DNA of 64,000 nt from Ptychomitrium polyphyllum (lineage: Eukaryota): assembly GCA_973851085.1 (NCBI GenBank), contig OZ316776.1:15128001-15192000 (forward strand), read 5' to 3'. Below are positions 1 to 14,780 of the stretch, piece by piece. The notes below the pieces were generated by a model. The model made no database searches. It was not told the DNA's origin and saw nothing but the letters and a program-made list of their open reading frames with translations. Position numbers and translations under genes: made by a program. Position 1 is the stretch's first letter. The number at the start of each line of letters is the position of its first letter.

Positions 1-583
1 ACAAGGTATACACCATTTTCTAGTTTTAAGGTTCAAATCCTTTTATTCAAATCGTCTTGTTCGGATTTGAAGAGGTCTGTGTTCATGTTCAAGCCTTGTA
101 CCTTTGCTGATTTTTATTTGTATCTTCTGATCTTGTATAACACTTGCTGATTTTTCACTTCTCTTCGAAGCTAACCATCGAACAACTCGGGTATAATTGT
201 GAGTTCAGGTTATCCTTCCCCTGGAGAAAGTAAGGGAGGTTATTCCCGTTGCTAATGCGAAGAAGCCGACAGACAAGTACATCCAGGTAGTGACCAAAGA
301 CGGTCACGAGTTCTGGTATATGGGATTCGTGAACTACGATAAGGGAATCAAGAACATGCAGGAGGCTGTGCGGTTGGCTCAGAGTCAGGGCAATCTCTCT
401 GGAGGATCAATGCCAGGAGGTGCTGCTCCATACACTCCCATGTCAACACCGTCTCAGCCCATGTACCCCCCTGCACCAACAGACCGACCTGGTTACGGCC
501 CACCAGCCTCGGATTCTAGCCCCTTTCAGCCTGCTCCCGCAGGTTATCCTCCAGTTGCAAAACCTGGTTATCCACCTGCTTAG
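1..583 (+). CDS. GRAM-domain (GEM-like) protein, 3' part. Previous exon ends at 5, last exon 209..583, Pro-rich tail
   Basis: Donor ACAAG|gtata at 5/6 and acceptor ttcag|GTT at 208/209. Translation VILPLEKVREVIPVANAKKPTDKYIQVVTKDGHEFWYMGFVNYDK matches the plant GEM/GRAM C-terminal motif KYIQ.VT.D.HEFWFMGFVNY. Confidence 0.9.
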
Positions 584-1073
584 CTTTCTTTGTATGTCCG
601 GCACTTCATAATGACTACTCTTGGAAGTGGCTAGCCACGAGGAACAATGTGCAGTTTGTGTGCACAATTCAGTATAAGATGCATTGCAAGTGTTACAGTT
701 TAGGTAATTGTTTGGCACTGTGTAAATAAGGTATAATTATGCGATATTGCTGGCGGAAACCAGCCTGTATCATGAGATGATTGGTTCGAAGAAGCATTTT
801 TAGGTAGTGGCAAGGTTGTAATGCAGAGAGTCTGATCATAGTAATTGATCAGTAGTACATTGTGCTCTCGTTTTCAAACACTGAGATGATGATGGTTTGT
901 CACGTGTTCAAACCGTGTCACGTTGCTCCTGACTATTTTTTACATCTCTGTTCTTGTTTCGAAATCGGAATGTGTTATCGATAGTAACTGGACGTGTGGT
1001 TCCACACTTGTATTTCATGTTTGCAAAATAATGGGATTGCTGAGCTGGCAGTGATGACTTCGGTCTAAAGGCC

Positions 1074-1496
1074 ATCTAGAACACTTTCTAGAATTATGTA
1101 CGCAGGATTTTCCTTCACATACATGGACACAGTTGTACTAAGTTACGAACTGGCAATCTAGAACACTTTCTAGAATTATGTACGTTACAGGATTTTCCTT
1201 CACATACATGGACACAGTTGTACTAAGTTACGAACTGGCAATCTAGAACACTTTCTAGAATTATGTACGTTACAGGATTTTCCTTCACATACATGGACAC
1301 AATTGTACTAAGTTACGAACTGGCAATCTAGAACACTTTCTAGAATTATGTACGTTACAGGATTTTCCTTCACATACATGGACACAATTGTACTAAGTTA
1401 CGAATTGGCAATCTAGAACACTTTCTAGAATTATGTACGTTACAGGATTTTCCTTCACATACATGGACACAATTGTACTAAGTTACGAACTGGCAA
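1074..1496. repeat. Tandem array, 5 copies of an 85-bp unit (first copy 82 bp)
   Basis: Unit atctagaacactttctagaattatgtacgttacagg...cgaactggca starts at 1074, 1156, 1241, 1326 and 1411. Copies are near-identical. Confidence 0.97.
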
Positions 1497-2980
1497 CACA
1501 CAAGACAATTCTGACTATCTTGTGAGTTTATCTTGACCTTATCTTTTGGACCAACCATTGGTAAGCCATACAAAAAATAATCCTAAAAACAATCCTAAAG
1601 AAATGGTTTTTCCTCAATAGTTGCTATTGTATCTTTTATTTTTTTGTTCATCTTCAACTTACTTATTTTGTGGACAATGTAACAAGGTATAAAACCTTGC
1701 TAAAGAACTTAAAAATTATGGCCAATCATATCATCTAAAATTCTCTAAAACATGGTAGGAACTTCTATTGTTTTGAGCCATTAGTGTTTTTTTTTTTTTG
1801 CAACTCTGCAAATAAGCCAAGATCTAAGAATGTAAGTTGATTCCATTTCTAAGCCACTTCCAAGAATTGGGCATCTTGTGAAAATGATATAAGCTACTAG
1901 AATGCAACCTTTCAAGTACAAAAAACCTATTCATTTCTAACAAAATTAGACAAAAGATTCAGAAAAATATTATTTTTAACTTTAAAGATCCAAAATATGA
2001 ACAACTTGGATTACAACAAATGATTTTTTACCATCAAATTGAAGTTGACTAAAACTATCTCTTAAGAGGCTGTAGTATCTTATAATTATTTCAATCACCC
2101 TTTATTATTGATAGTTTTGTTTTAGATTTCAATAAAGTAAAATAGTTAGCTCACAAATAGTATTTCTTTTTATGATTGATGATGGGCAAGTCTAAGAGTC
2201 CTACTATGATTATTAGGCCCATTTAAGTTGAATAATTCTCTTCTTGCTAGCAAAATGCAAAGCTTTGGTAGACTCAAAATCTATCACATCATGCTATATA
2301 TATATAATAGTAATTTTGATGCAAAATTTTTTGATACAAAAAAATAATTCAAGGAGTACTAGCACTTGTCTTTTTGTAATTAAAGGTGCAAACGTTTCAA
2401 ACATCAGACAACAAACAAGGTACATGCTGTAAACCTCTGTTTTTGAGGGTGACTTGCATTGTGTTGGTGCCATAAGTTTAATTCTGAAGGCGGTTTTTAA
2501 AGTTTTAGATGTTTGAATGTAAGTTTTTTTCAATAAATCACCAGTGTGTCAAGTAATAAAGCTTCTTGTTGACCCTCACGACGATATTGCTTACAACGCA
2601 CTTTCATAAACATTCTGATGAACACTGCTTACAATTTTAGAAAAAAGATTATCTTTTATACATATGAGAATTATAGATATATGAACAGCAGAAAGATTAT
2701 CTTCGTTGAGGCTCCTGTTTCCACTGACTCGGGCTGCCTGGCCCGACCAGTTTGGTGACGGGCGTCCGCGGCTTTGGGCTGTTGCGGCCGGTTGCGGCAT
2801 TCAAGAGTTCAGTTTCACGTGCGAGAGAGACGGGCTTGGATGTTCGCAGAGGAAGCTCGAGTGCCAGGCGCGCGATCACCAATTTGCACGCAGGTGGTAA
2901 TGGCGGACAGGATCGTGATTGAGTAGTAGCTCGAGAGCTTTGAGGATCGAAGGCAATTGCGCCTTGATCGATCGATCTCG

Positions 2981-3928
2981 ATGGTGCTGGTACTGGCGCT
3001 CGGGGACCTCCACATTCCGCAGAGAGCTGCGGACCTGCCGGCCAAGTTCAAGTCCTTGCTCGTGCCCGGTAAGATTCAGCATATCCTCAGCCCCGGAAAT
3101 CTCTGCATCAAGGTTCGTCGTCTCCGCTCCCCCTGCTGTCCTACTTTTCCTAGCTGGGTGTTTAGTCGCTTCACCTGGTGTTTTGCGAGCGATCAAGAAT
3201 TAGGGTTTAGTTAAGAGTTTTCTGGGGTTGATCATGGTATGCGGAGTATGAGCTAACGAGGGTGAAACGATTACAGGAGATGCATGATTACTTGAAGTCA
3301 TTGTGTTCGGATGTACAAATTACACGCGGGGAGTATGATGAAGACACTCGTTACCCTGAGATGAATTAGTGCATTATTGGTGCCTTCAAGCTCGGCATTT
3401 GCCACGGCCACCAGGTTAGAATCTTTTCCTCGCAGATGCCATTTTTCTCTCATGCTCAAGGTTTTAGATTGTGAATCATGGCCACGAGTTTTAGTTTATG
3501 ATTTGTGCTTAAAATCAAATGTTCTTGTGGGTTTAGTTGTATCAGGTCTTGGTATTTTAATTTAAGCGATTGTGGTTCAGTTAGACTTTGTGTGGTCGGA
3601 CATGGGTCATATCAAGGTTCTGAAGTTGCTCTTGGATCTGCAGGTGGTGCCATGGGGAGATTTGGATTCATTGGCGATGCTTCAACGCCAACTGGATGTC
3701 GATATTTTGATAACTGGTCACACGCATCAATTCAAAGCATACAAGCACGAGGGAGGAGTGATCATCAATCCAGGATCTGCTACAGGAGCATACAGCAGTA
3801 TCACATGCGATGTGAATCCCAGTTTTGTGCTCATGGATATTGATGGACTACGAGTTGTGGTTTATGAGTACGAACTCGTTGATGGTGAAGTGAAGGTCGA
3901 TAAGATCGACTTCAAGAAGCCACAATGA
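2981..3928 (+). pseudogene. VPS29: Retromer subunit VPS29 with an in-frame premature stop. Exons 2981-3112, 3277-3414, 3644-3928
   Basis: [35 protein letters not shown]..., ...CHGHQ|VVPWGD...[11 protein letters not shown]...INPGSATGA, joined by GT-AG introns. TAG at 3367-3369 (YPEMN*CIIGAFKLG). Family identity is strong; pseudogene status is less certain. Confidence 0.8.
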
Positions 3929-4729
3929 TCGAGCTGATTATTGGCTATTCCATTTTATTGAGAAGTAACTTATGTGTAGGTTAGTCCGACCGACACTCAA
4001 GGCCTCATGACATTGTGAAAAATATAAGGACGGTCGTTGTGCGTTGTGTAAACGTTTTGTAAGAATTGCCGGAGTGCTAGTGACTCAGAATACTTTCACA
4101 TCCTCCTATCTTAGTGTGCAGTATTACGAGTGGAAGGTGTTGAATGTTTTTTTAGTTTGTGGATTTTAGTAATGTACAGGAGGTGTAAGGACGGTACCCC
4201 GCTAGAATAGAAGCCATTCTTATAGTCAGAGAGCTCAAGGGTTAGCCATACATCAGCTTGGCGTCGGGAGTCGGGATACGTTCACCTTGGGCTTGTCTGA
4301 TTCAATTTCAGGCGCAAGGCGTGATTTTTATTTGATTTAATGCCGTGGTTTGAACAGACAGGCAGGGACACCACGTACAGTGATAATATTCTCAAGCCTT
4401 GACTGCTATGGCAGGCACTCAGTCCTTGATATATGGGTTTCAGTTCACATTGTTGTAACCATAAGCTTTAGCAAGGACTGCTGTATGGAGTGCGGAGTGC
4501 AGAATGTTTTGTAGAATATACAAGCCACGGGCACTGCCATGTCGTTAGGATGGACATTGTAACACTGCCATGTCACTCATGGCTGACATCAGCAAAATTT
4601 GGTGTCCTAAACTAATTGCTCAAGATGCATGCTCTCAAAATGCACTATAGAGTAGGCTTTATGGGCTAAAATTCCTGAAATATTTGGAAATTCAGAGTAT
4701 GTGATTGAGTTAAATTTTGAAATCCAGTC

Positions 4730-5064
4730 CAAGGACCTAAGATTGTTTGAACATATGCTTGGAGTAATCGATCACCTACTAAAAAGAAGTAAAATAAATT
4801 AGAAGCTCAGTCTGATTGTACACGACAAGCATTGAAGTTGTAAGAATTGGTGATAATAAAAGACGTGTCCAAACAACAAAATAGGAACAAGAATGTTGAT
4901 TTTTAGGCCACGTATGTGAGGGAGTATGTTAGAAATAAGTAATTTTGCAATTAAGTGTGGTTGTGGTCCAATGTAGCTTCTGCAGCTCTATAAAAGAGTC
5001 CTTTTGTTTTATAGAACAGTAACTTGGACTGAATTGTTGAAGTTCATTCCTCAAAACTACAACA
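4730..5064 (+). mobile_element. Probable Ty1/copia retrotransposon 3' remnant: polypurine tract plus a short LTR (4927-5064)
   Basis: GAGGGAG at 4918-4924, then TGTTAGAAAT... ending ...ACAACA (TGTT/AACA ends). Internal TATAAAAGAG. Upstream LFEHMLGV weakly resembles a copia RNase H end. Confidence 0.4.
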
Positions 5065-5699
5065 TGCAAAGTGTCTCAATTAAATAAAACGAGATCTCTC
5101 AGTTCCAACTTGGACAATGATCTTCTGTGTTTGAGGTGCTTCGTCATATAAAGTCCGTAAAGCAAGCCAAGTTTTCCTCGATCCAATATCAAGTGTGCAA
5201 GACTGGTCAACTTTGAATTGTGCTTTCCACTAATAAACATCTATCCCTTGATCATTTTTCCATCACTGAAGCCTTGATAACACTCAGTTGTTGTTCCATA
5301 TGTAAAATGCATGGATGCATCAAACACACTTCAGAAACTTTACAGTCCCTGCAATAGATCGGACAAGGGAGATGCCAAAGTGTGTCAATATTCAATGAAG
5401 TATGCGCAAGTTCAACAAAAGTGTTCAGTAAATGACTATTTAAGAAGAGTTCGCTTTGAGTACATAGCTTAGGTATAATTTGAATACTGGCAATGCTAAG
5501 ATTGAAGAAGCCCTACATAGCGTTCTAGAACGATGGAAGGAAGTATTGTTGTCATGCATGCTTTATCACCATTTTAAACTATTGATTCAATAGTAGAATT
5601 TGAACTTTTCTTTAAGAGGGAGTCCATGAGGAAGAAATGAAGCCTTTGCTTCATTTAGCCCTTCTTCATAGGAGATTATATTTCACTAAATCTACAAGC

Positions 5700-7400
5700 T
5701 AAGCAAATAAACTAAGCAAATAATGATGGTTTTAGATATAGTGACAAGTTGATTGTGTACACAAATTCAACATTGTTAATGCTTTTTGTAAGCTTCATGA
5801 AGTAAAATGCAAACAATTAAGGTTTTGTACACAAAGACAATTTAAGGTATGAATCTCTTTTAATTAAATAATTATACAAAGATTCTACATTCTCCTTTTA
5901 CTTTCAAGGAACAATGATTTTTACATTACTTCTATAATAAAATTGAATTTTTACACTTTTATTTTGAGATTTTCTTTTGAAGATTATTTATGTAGTTACT
6001 TTGTAATGCGTTGTAGAAGACTTGTATTCCAAATTTTAATATTCTATATAATACTTTGTTTCTTCAATATGTTTTTTTTCCATTTTCTCTCTATTTATTT
6101 TTATTTTTCATTTTGCTCTTGTCTTGTATTCTATCATTTTCTTTGTTTATTTTTTCTTCTAATTTTGTTCAATTTTCAAAAATGGCACAAGAGCTTATTT
6201 TGAACATGTCTTGTATTGATTGTAAACCATTAAACATCAATAACCTTGAGCAACTTAAATACAAGTGTTTAGATTGCAAAATCTTGTTTTCAAATATTAA
6301 TAATTATAAGTGGTATGAATCTTCTTATTCTATGAATAAAGATGTAGGTGCTCAATTATGTCCTCTATTATATTACTTCTTTGACATAAATAATTAAATC
6401 TTTGGTGAAGTTGTTGGTTACTAGGTGGAAAAAATAAATATTGGTAGATATTCATGTGCATATGAGTATAATGTTACTTGTGGAGTTAAGAGCAATTAAA
6501 CAAATTAATACTAATTAGCTCTAATTTGGACTTTTAATGGTAATGGTCCAATGGAAAGACATGGCAATGCATCGATTTCTTTCTGAATGATAATTCATGA
6601 TGTGGAATCAATATGTGAGAACAATATTGTAAGTACAAAAGAAAAAGAACAAATATCTAAGCAAATTTTTTTGAACACAACTTCTAGACATGGTGGAATA
6701 AAATAGTATTGGCCATAATAAAAGAAAATGGGGTGCCAATATTAACAACAACTATCATTCAAAATACTAATAGTGATAGATTTTTCTAAGAAGATTTTCA
6801 AAATAACAATCTTAATTAATTTCAATTGGAAATAAAGAAAAAAATTTAAGATGATAATTTTGATTAATTAAAGAAGGAAGAAAATCATGTTTTGTAGTTG
6901 AATCTATAAAACGTAGAACAAAATTTGGTTTGATAGACAAGCAATTATTTTGCACAATAATTGGTACCTATGTGTAAAAGAAATCAAAATAATTTATTTA
7001 GTCAAAGAGAGACTTTTTAGAACCAATTGTTTGAAACGCAATTGTTAACTAAGACTTCATTTTCCATCTAAAAACATGTTCCTAATGAAGGGTGCAAATT
7101 TTTTCCAAAAAAACATTTTTGTTATAAGCTTTGTGTTCCACTAATTGTATGTTTAGTATATTATTTCTTCAGTCAAGGAAGTGTAAGCATTTCAAAGATG
7201 TGTTATAGATTAATTGATACCTCACTAAACTGGAGACACAACCATATAATACAAACCAAATTGCCGACATGTAAATCAGATATGTATTGTAACAACTAGC
7301 ACTATTTTCAAATTCGCTTGTGCAGGCGTTTCATTAATATTCAATCAAAATTCAACTATCAACATTTTTCACTTGACTTTCCTTGAGTTAATTAAAGGGT
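5700..7400. other. AT-rich degenerate non-coding block, possibly a decayed transposon
   Basis: Very high AT, CpG-poor, only low-complexity F/L/I-rich spurious ORFs. Confidence 0.35.
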
Positions 7401-10400
7401 ATAATACTTGAGATGATGAAATTCTTATGATGGTATGTCACCTAATCTGAAAATGGTTTTCATGGCTTTTGCTTTCCAAACTCCAGAATCAACATGCCAT
7501 AAACGACCAACCTTAGTCTCCGAAGAGGCAACATCTTTGTTCTCTTCCATTGCCCCCTCTGCCTCTTCTACTTCTTTTACTTCACCTCAACAATAAGTTC
7601 ACTTTGCTGTGGCCATTGGTCTTGGTTGTGTGGTGGTGGTCATTTATCTGAAGCAGTTAGCATCCTATCTGTGTTGGAGTTGGATTGTAAGATACTTGGT
7701 GGTGGAGCGTCTTTATGACTAGGCAACCAAATATAACTTTCTGCGTCTGACTTCATTGGTTATGTAGTATCTTGCGGAAATGACTGCGGGTGTTGCCTCA
7801 AGTGCAGCTACAAACATACTGACACGCATGTTGGGGCATTGCGGACCGGATTTGCATTCAGGCAATTGCAGTAACAGGTTACTGAAGTACAAACCGACAA
7901 CTTGGAATCCGACGGAATTAGCTGATATTTAGCACATAACCAGCACTTGCTTTGAATGATTCACTTTACAGTGTCTGATCCTGCACAATGGTTTAGACAC
8001 ATCAGATGACGAAACAAATTGCTACCAATTACAGCAGTTGATCCTGTGCAGGGTTGAACATCACAACGCAGAGGTCATTTGCACAATTTCAGTCTCCTCA
8101 CAGCTCAATTTATTTCACAGCGATAATACGTCTTGTGAGGAATAGTTTGGAAAACTTGCAGCCTGTATTACCGAACTGTTCATGTTTTCCAGCAGTTCGG
8201 TTCAGGCCACTGAATTATGTCAACATAGGGGCTTCCAGATTTTTAGTTCGATTCTGGGCTTGCTAATTCCCCCTTTCAAATGATTTGTCACTTCTACGTT
8301 GATTTTTTTGTATGTGCTCGTTGATGCCCCCAAGTTCCGGTGCTTGATCTTGAGCGTGCAATTCTCTAGGTCTCGTGCTCATTGAGAAACTCAGACTTGG
8401 AGGCTTAACCTGCAAATGCGACGGCTGAAGCATGTAATTGCTCAAGCAGGGAATTCCATGTACTTGGGAGCAAAGAGCGGGCAAGGGAAGTGTCAAGACA
8501 ATCATCACAGGTTCGTTGTCAAAACGATGGCAACCTCCAGTAGGAAAACCATTCGGCTGCAAAGTGTTACATGCATTCAGCAAAAGGAAAGCAATCAGCT
8601 ACATAGTCGTCCCACAAAATTTAAGGCTTCGACGTTGAATTACCCTACAAGTTAAGCCATTTCAGTGCTCATTTCAGTGCTGTGTCCATTTCATTAGATG
8701 CATGATGACCGAAGCATGAACCGAGGTTGTGGCCGCTTGATCAGATATACTTTTTAAACCCTAAGCAACTTTCCCATGAACCTGCTTAATGCTTCGAGAA
8801 TCAAAAGCTACAATTCCAGCAAGTTAGCAACCCCTGTCCAGAAGAACGTTTTCAATTTTTCAATTTTGTGAATTTGAAGAACAGAAGATCTTCCCCTACC
8901 GAACAGATAGCGTTGAGCATTGCCGCTGTCGCAGTGGGGAACAATTGCGCACTTGTGTTGTACCAGGCGCCCAGAACAGAACTTCGAATGAGACCCGCTA
9001 AGGATCCTGTTCCGTTCCCGTTTCCAGAGGAGCGTTGGAGAAACTCTAACCACGATCCCCTTCCAACAGGATTGGAATCCCAACGCTCTCGCCACAGCCA
9101 TGTTGACCAACAAAATTGAATTCCTACAATATCGTCAACACGAAACACGCAGGCCTCACACAACGCACATGAGATGATCACAGAATTCAACACTCTCACC
9201 TACCTGAAGGTGTGGCAATTAATCTAGTGTTCGGACAATACAAACTCTTGTCAATCGACCTCAGGGTTATATAGGACTGAAGCTCATATAAGTGCTGCGC
9301 CTGTTCTGCGGTACTTGCCGTGAGAGTTGCACACTTCGAAGAGCACTTATAATGCCTCGATCCGCACAGGGTCCTTGCACAGCTGTTACCCTCGTACCGC
9401 CGTCGCCCTTGTCTAACATCGATCGTCACTGTTTCCTTCAATCAGCGATCACACCTTCCATGAAACTACTTCAAAATTTAGCTTTTCCAGGAGAATTTAC
9501 CATTCGCCGGGCGTTGCGTGACACCAGCTGTAGCTGGCCATCACGTCGCGAAGTGGGCCCCCAGCGTCACACACCAAGTGGAAAAGCTGGATAGTGGTCT
9601 TGATCGTCTACAAGGTACTTCCACAATTCTGTTCACTAGGAATGTTTCATAGGAGTAGAACCTTCATTCCGTTATCTAGATTGAAATGAGGAAGATCAAT
9701 AGAGGTATCCCACATGGAAGGGTTGGGACTCTGCCTGATGCCAGTACCTCCCCAAAAGCGAAATTTCATTCCTCTTCCTTCACATACTGCACCCGAAGTT
9801 TAATGTCGCGGGGTAGGAGGTGAGAGCTTAAGATGAAGGGGAATTCTAAGAATCAGGTGCCTAATATTTCATAAAGTATTCTTACATTCAGAATTCAGAA
9901 TTCCCCGCTGTCAGACAACGCATCGACATTGACATATGATACACTTTACAGTGCAAGTAATATCTCACACCCATTAACATTTGCATCACAAGGACGCCAA
10001 AGAACATGATAGAGAAGCATCGCAATAATCACCAAAGCAGTGTTATCAATCGGAAAGTGATAATAAGTCTGCCAAAAGATCACTTCTAAACCGCTCGTAC
10101 ATAAGGAATGAAACGTTCACTAAATCAACATCTAATTCACTTCTTCAGGATCGCAGGAATAAGCCTCTGCTGTAGACAAGACCTTGTAAACATACGTGGT
10201 TGAAGAGCTGGCACGCAACGTGCTACAGCTTCAATTGGCTGTGGGACAGTACACATACAAACACAAATGCGTGACAGGATCATTGCCAGCAGTCGCGAAC
10301 TTTACCTTTTTATCAAACCAACGCTAATCAAAGCAAAGGGGCTATAATCAAGACAACCAAAATGGGAACGAAGGCACGCTCCTCTAATCAACTCATGAAC

Positions 10401-10555
10401 CTGTATCGTCTCTAAGCGCTCAAGTGTCAGAAATTTGACCGTAACTACTAATATGGGCCGCTTGCGTTTGAGTCTAGCGCTAATTACACCACAGTAAGAT
10501 GCTAGACTGCTCTCTTCCAAGCGAATGATTATGATGGAAGTGCCACTGATGGTCT

Positions 10556-12700
<2,145 letters not shown>

Positions 12701-13330
12701 CTCTCCCCAACCTCACACGCTCCTCAAAAACTGCCCACTCAACGCTCCCAAGACGACTGCAAGATGTGCTCCACCCAGACGCACACTCAATGTGGTCCAG
12801 AAGGCAAGCGAAAGTGCCGCACTCCGAGGTTGCGCTGCGAAATCGATGTGAGCGGGGGGCCTCGGTTCGTCCGCCGGGTTCTGGCTGTGTCCCGTGTGTT
12901 CTGTCTCTTTCCACTCGCTGATGAGTTCCACAGAGAGGTGCGCTTCTGCACCTCTGCGCCTCTGTTATTTCGTGAGTTCCATTGGCAGCCGGTCTGCTTC
13001 TGGGCATCCAGGCCGTTCGTGGTGTGGACGGCAGGATTTCGATGGACCGGGTGGGCTCGCTTTTGGTGGTGTGTCATGCTGCTGGGGCTTCGATTCCTTT
13101 CTGGTGTGGATCATATTCTTCGCATCCCGGTCCCCAGACCCATTGCTCGTTTTGGAATCGACAATTTCTATGTTGTTTGTCGGTTGGACAGATTCAGATG
13201 ACGCTCTAGGTGGTGGTTTAGGGGATAGTGACGTTTTTGGGAATAGGAACATCTTTGGGGATAGTCACGGATTTGGGGTGGTGCCGTTTTTGGTGGTAGT
13301 AATGTTTTGTGGGTAGTAATGTTTTGGGGG

Positions 13331-13538
13331 TAGTGACGGTATTGGAGATAGTGACGGTGTTGGAGATAGTGACGGTGTTGGAGATAGTGACGGTATTGGA
13401 GATAGTGACGGTGTTGGAGATAGTGACGGTGTTGGAGATACTGACGGTATTGGAGATACTGACGGTATTGGAGATACTGACGGTATTGGAGATACTGACG
13501 GTATTGGAGATACTGACGGTATTGGAGATACTGACGGA
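13331..13538. repeat. 18-bp minisatellite, about 11.5 copies (ta[g/c]tgacggt[a/g]ttggaga)
   Basis: gacgg recurs every 18 nt from 13335 to 13533. Degenerate copies also occur near 13220-13280. Confidence 0.95.
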
Positions 13539-14780
13539 TTTGGGATTTGCATTTCTTGGGCCTTCACTGTTTAGCATAACACACTTTTGAGATTGGGGAT
13601 TGTCAGGAACTTGGGCGTTGGTGTTGATTTGAGTTAGGAACAAGAAAATCGCAGTGTGTAGAACCTTCCTGTTTAGAAAAACATTTTAATAGAACGGACT
13701 ATCATTTTTGAATTAATATGAATCTCCTAAAAATTGTTGATTTTGACAGCGACAGGGAATGGTACATGAAAGTAAGTGCACTTTTAGTGGTAGGAGGCAA
13801 AAAATTATGATAATTGAACTCTGTGATTTTCCTGTCTACAAATTGATGTGCTTCTTACTTTTATCTTTTAAGTAATTTTAAGTATGATTTTAGCATTTGT
13901 CGTTGAATAGGCAGCTTTGAGTGGAGATTGCAATAGCTTATCTAAAGAAAATCAACACAAATTCCAATTTGAACTTCACTTTTTAACTTCAAACCCATTT
14001 GAATTGTAGATCCGTTTTACATACAACAAAACATTGTTGATTGATATCGGTTGCAATGGGCTTTTCTAGACCTTCAAGGGTTAAATCCATTCTCTCTGCG
14101 TGCTCATAGTGGGAGGATGTGAGAGTTGATGTATGTTGGGAGCACATGTCCACGTAGCAAGGGAAACCAAAGGAAGGTAGGTGAAAGTGTAATATATTGC
14201 TTTTTCTTCTTAAAGTTAGATAAGGACTGGTGGACTCAAAAGCGTTTAAGTCGATGCACCAGTTGCTTCGTTTGAACAGGATTGGTTCGTTCATAATGTG
14301 ATGGCTTCCTTGAGCAACTAAAACAAGTGCAATGGAGATAGGTCAGTAGTTCCGTGAACTGAGCACTTTGCTTTCTAATAAAATCATCGCTACAAGGACG
14401 GACGCAACAACTACCATAGTAATGTCATATTGTATGGAATTAGAGATCCTGCAACTACCGTAGTAGAATACGGTAATCTGATCTCCAGTCAGCGGTATCT
14501 ACCTGTTCAGGTGGACAATCCGAGGTATTTGTCCACCTGAACTACCAAGTGGAATTTGTCAATCTAGTTTTTGTATTTTAGACGCGTGCCTGAACAGTAG
14601 ATGAATGTGAGAGTTTTCTACTATAAAGAACATGCAGTCAAACTCATTTGAGGCCTTTATTGCTGGCTTCGATGGGACCAATGTAGGAAGGTGCCACGTC
14701 ACTTGAGTAACCTTGGTACAGTAACCCCTTGAGGAATGCATTGAAGTGAATATGCACCCAGTTCTACAGATCAAGTTAAA

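Noticed and set aside
1074..1496. CRISPR-like array
   Set aside because: The units are identical end to end with no unique spacers, there are no cas genes, and the context is eukaryotic.
8054..9594. Several short ORFs in a moderately GC-rich region
   Set aside because: No recognisable domain or consistent splice model. An orphan gene or lncRNA cannot be excluded.
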